Part shown: one piece after another, positions 62,057 to 64,000 of the stretch
How the letters are laid out: the number at the start of each line of letters is the position of its first letter
How positions within the stretch are numbered: the first letter of the stretch is position 1
Assembly: GCA_963730935.1 (NCBI GenBank)
Contig: CAVSTP010000004.1
Location: 768,001 to 832,000 of the forward strand
DNA from: an uncultured Nitrospiraceae bacterium
GTDB taxonomy: Bacteria > Nitrospirota > Nitrospiria > Nitrospirales > Nitrospiraceae
Reading direction: 5' to 3'
DNA length: 64,000 nt
The notes under the pieces: model-generated
Seen by the model: the letters and a program-made list of their open reading frames with translations, nothing else
Database searches by the model: none
What the model was told of the DNA's origin: nothing
Translations under genes and position numbers: made by a program

Positions 62057-62239
62057 ATGGGGAAAATCGTTGAGTGCGCCAAGGTTGATCCATCGTCCGG
62101 ATGCACACATGTAATCAGGGGCACCACCGAAGAGGAAGTACTCAAGAAAGCCGCGGAACACGCAAAGCAGCATGGAATTCGAGAGGTCACCCCGGAGCTC
62201 AAGGCTAAAGTAAAGGCAGCAATCCGAGACGAGAAGTAA
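62057..62239 (+). CDS. DUF1059 small protein
   Basis: C...GC...GTTEEEVLKKAAEHAKQHG; AGGAGG RBS. Confidence 0.85.
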   Translation: MGKIVECAKVDPSSGCTHVIRGTTEEEVLKKAAEHAKQHGIREVTPELKAKVKAAIRDEK

Positions 62240-62534
62240 CCTTTCCCTCAAGCTCTCTATCAAAGCTTGATCCGGCCCGCCTCGCTAATGGAGGAGTGGG
62301 GGGGCCGGCTTGTCGCTCGCCCCCCTCACCGCCCATCACACCTCACACCGCGATAGACCCCGCTTACGTGGAAACAAGAAAAAGGGACAGGCTACTTTTC
62401 TGATAGAGGAGAGAAAGGTGGCAGGACCCATTGCGGGGCTCATCCCTGACGTAATGGATACGCTTTTCCATTTCCGCTACACTGCGTCAACATTGCCTAA
62501 TGGTTACACCAAATACAGCTGCACGTGAGAAATC

Positions 62535-63068
62535 ATGATTAATCGACGCTTAAAAGTGCTCGCTTCGATCGGTCTGGCTGTGGGAGGCGTCCTCGGCATG
62601 GCGGGGACGTTCGCCCCGTCTGCGGCTCTCCGCGGTCTCGCGTGGGGAATCGACGGTGCTGCTCTCGTGATGGCCGGCGCGATTCTGACCGTCGTGTTCT
62701 ACAGAACGGGACAGGACCTCGTGGCAGCAGGTTTTCTGGTCTTCGCCATTGGAGAAGGCATCATTCTGTCGGGCGCCGCGATGGATCTCGAGACCAGCAT
62801 TCCGTCATTTGGAGCCGGAAGCGTTCTCTGGGCGATGGCCCTTGCGCTCATCAGTCTTCCGCCTGTCTTTCCTTTTCTCGTACGAACACTGGGGCTGATC
62901 GCGGCGAGCATGTTCGCATCGACAGCGCTACAAATCTTCTCCGGCGAGCATCTCACACCCGTCTCGTCCCCCTTGCCCTTTTTCGCGTATCCCTTCTTCA
63001 TTGCCACATTCGTCGGCTGGATCTGGACGCTCTTCAACATTCCTGGCCCGCTGCCCCCAGAGGGATGA
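62535..63068 (+). CDS. Hypothetical multi-pass membrane protein
   Basis: 177 aa with about six hydrophobic segments. Confidence 0.75.
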   Translation: MINRRLKVLASIGLAVGGVLGMAGTFAPSAALRGLAWGIDGAALVMAGAILTVVFYRTGQDLVAAGFLVFAIGEGIILSGAAMDLETSIPSFGAGSVLWAMALALISLPPVFPFLVRTLGLIAASMFASTALQIFSGEHLTPVSSPLPFFAYPFFIATFVGWIWTLFNIPGPLPPEG

Positions 63069-63376
63069 TGTTGCGAGGCGTGACGGACAGGCTCGTTTCG
63101 TGCTTCCCCGCTCTCTCACCTTCGTCACACCTCACACCGCGATAGACCCCGCCCACGTGAAAAACGTAGAATGCCCTGGTTTCCGAAGGCAGGACTCGTA
63201 CAGGTGTGAAAAGTTACTGGAGCGCTTAGCTTTTGTGGTTAAAACAATTCGTCTTGATTATGAGAAAGGTACCGAATCCTTTCCCGTAACCCTATCTCTC
63301 AGATTAGGGATTACCTATTGCCATGGATCAGAACCATCCATGATGATTGGTATGCGATTGAACGTTCTTGAACCAG

Positions 63377-64000
63377 ATGCCTTCCGCCGAGGTCGCCATG
63401 TATGGAGACGAGGCTCTTCTGTCGATCAAGACTCGAAATCACAACTGGTCGATCGCGGGTGTTCTTGGCCTACTCATCATCGCCGCTCTCGCCAGTATTC
63501 CTCTCACACTAACTGTCCTCCATAATCGAGAATCTGATGCGCTGGTCATCGATATGGCCGGGCGTCAGCGCATGTTGCTGGAACGGTACATGAAGGAGTT
63601 GCTGTTGGCCGGCCAAGGTGTCGCGACGCACCATCAGGACACGCGGGCTCTGCTCGAGCAACGTCTTCGTGTCCTGGTGGACGGAGGTTCTACCAGTACT
63701 CAGTTTGGACCGCCCGGCATCGTGTCACTTCCCGCAGCTCCGACGGCAGAAATCCGTTCGAAACTGCTTGACCAAGAACGCCTCTTGGCGAAATTCACGA
63801 ACCTTGCCGAAGCCTTTCTCGCGCAACCGATCGCGACGCGCGAGAGCATCCGCAACGAACTCCTCGAGGACAATATCGCCTTGCTCACCACGGCCAATGA
63901 CGCCGTGGCGCTTTTGACGCAGCAGTCTGAAGCGCGCCTTCAACAGCTGATCCGGTGGGAGGTCGTGGTGGTCCTCCTGGTCGTGACTCTCGCCAGTTTA
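63377..64000 (+). CDS. Membrane sensor with PilJ/NarX-like periplasmic domain, runs off the window end
   Basis: Hand translation: TM1 (IAGVLGLLIIAALASIPLTLTV), DALVIDMAGRQRML P-box-like motif, TM2 (EVVVVLLVVTLASL); absent from the ORF track because it has no stop in the window. Confidence 0.8.
   Translation, partial: MPSAEVAMYGDEALLSIKTRNHNWSIAGVLGLLIIAALASIPLTLTVLHNRESDALVIDMAGRQRMLLERYMKELLLAGQGVATHHQDTRALLEQRLRVLVDGGSTSTQFGPPGIVSLPAAPTAEIRSKLLDQERLLAKFTNLAEAFLAQPIATRESIRNELLEDNIALLTTANDAVALLTQQSEARLQQLIRWEVVVVLLVVTLASL

Larger units (their letters stand above)
30831..63182 (+). repeat. Array of about 30 co-oriented full or partial copies of a modular 100-190 bp intergenic element (family R4)
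   Basis: Consensus by eye: [A] AAGAAAAGGGGACAGGCTACTTTTCTAAGTGCTTGAA (variants GGGACATTCTACTTT, GGGTCGGGAGTCTTTTCT) - [B] GGTGTCAGGAACCATTTCGCGGCGCGTGGCGGGCCGGCTCGTTCCTCGCCTCCCC - [C] CCCTCACCGCTCATCGCACCTCACACCGCGATAGACCCCGCCCACGTGAAAACGTAGAATGTCC - [D] GACCGAAGTCAGACT. Approximate starts: 30831, 32338p, 32900, 33369, 34881p, 35405, 36651, 36984p, 37165p, 38521p, 39260, 40391, 42914, 43941, 44533, 45175, 45374, 45865, 50243, 50902, 51746, 52700, 53816p, 54551, 55573p, 56691p, 58745, 60506p, 60670, 61148, 61787, 62301, 63071 (p = partial). Confidence 0.93.

Noticed and set aside
30831..63182. R4 array as a CRISPR array
   Set aside because: Units are 100-190 bp and degenerate, intervals are gene-sized and irregular, and no cas genes are present
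30831..63182. R4 copies as canonical integron attC sites
   Set aside because: No conserved RYYYAAC...GTTRRRY ends were seen, there is no intI in the window, and about a third of the cargo genes are reversed; a formal attC model scan is still needed

Overview
Window from a GC-rich bacterial chromosome. Gene content and intergenic repeats look like Nitrospira (inference). It has three parts. (1) 1-27.3 kb is core genome: rplM-rpsI, argC-argJ, rpsB-tsf-pyrH-frr, alr, a FadL-type channel, a hybrid sensor kinase, small redox/cofactor genes, and three radical SAM genes, two of them B12-binding paralogs broken by frameshifts. Two or three families of dispersed intergenic repeats are scattered through it. 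(2) 27.7-33.4 kb is a visibly more AT-rich defence block: TIR + caspase-like protease + SLOG (type IV Thoeris architecture), an unknown gene, HIT + HNH, a PD-(D/E)XK-like nuclease and a second HNH. Many of these carry indels. (3) 30.8-63.2 kb is the most unusual part. About 30 unrelated accessory genes, mostly single and on both strands, are separated by about 30 full or partial copies of one modular 100-190 bp element, all in the same orientation. In the middle sits a REP-associated tyrosine (HUH/Y1) transposase flanked by 19-bp inverted repeats, and the 5' module of the repeat matches the transposase gene's 3' end. There are partial duplicated cassettes and empty tandem repeats. This looks like an integron-like gene-cassette array linked to a RAYT transposase rather than an IntI integrase (hypothesis). 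No tRNA, rRNA or CRISPR array was recognised. Coordinates of repeats and broken genes were read by eye and may be off by a few bases.
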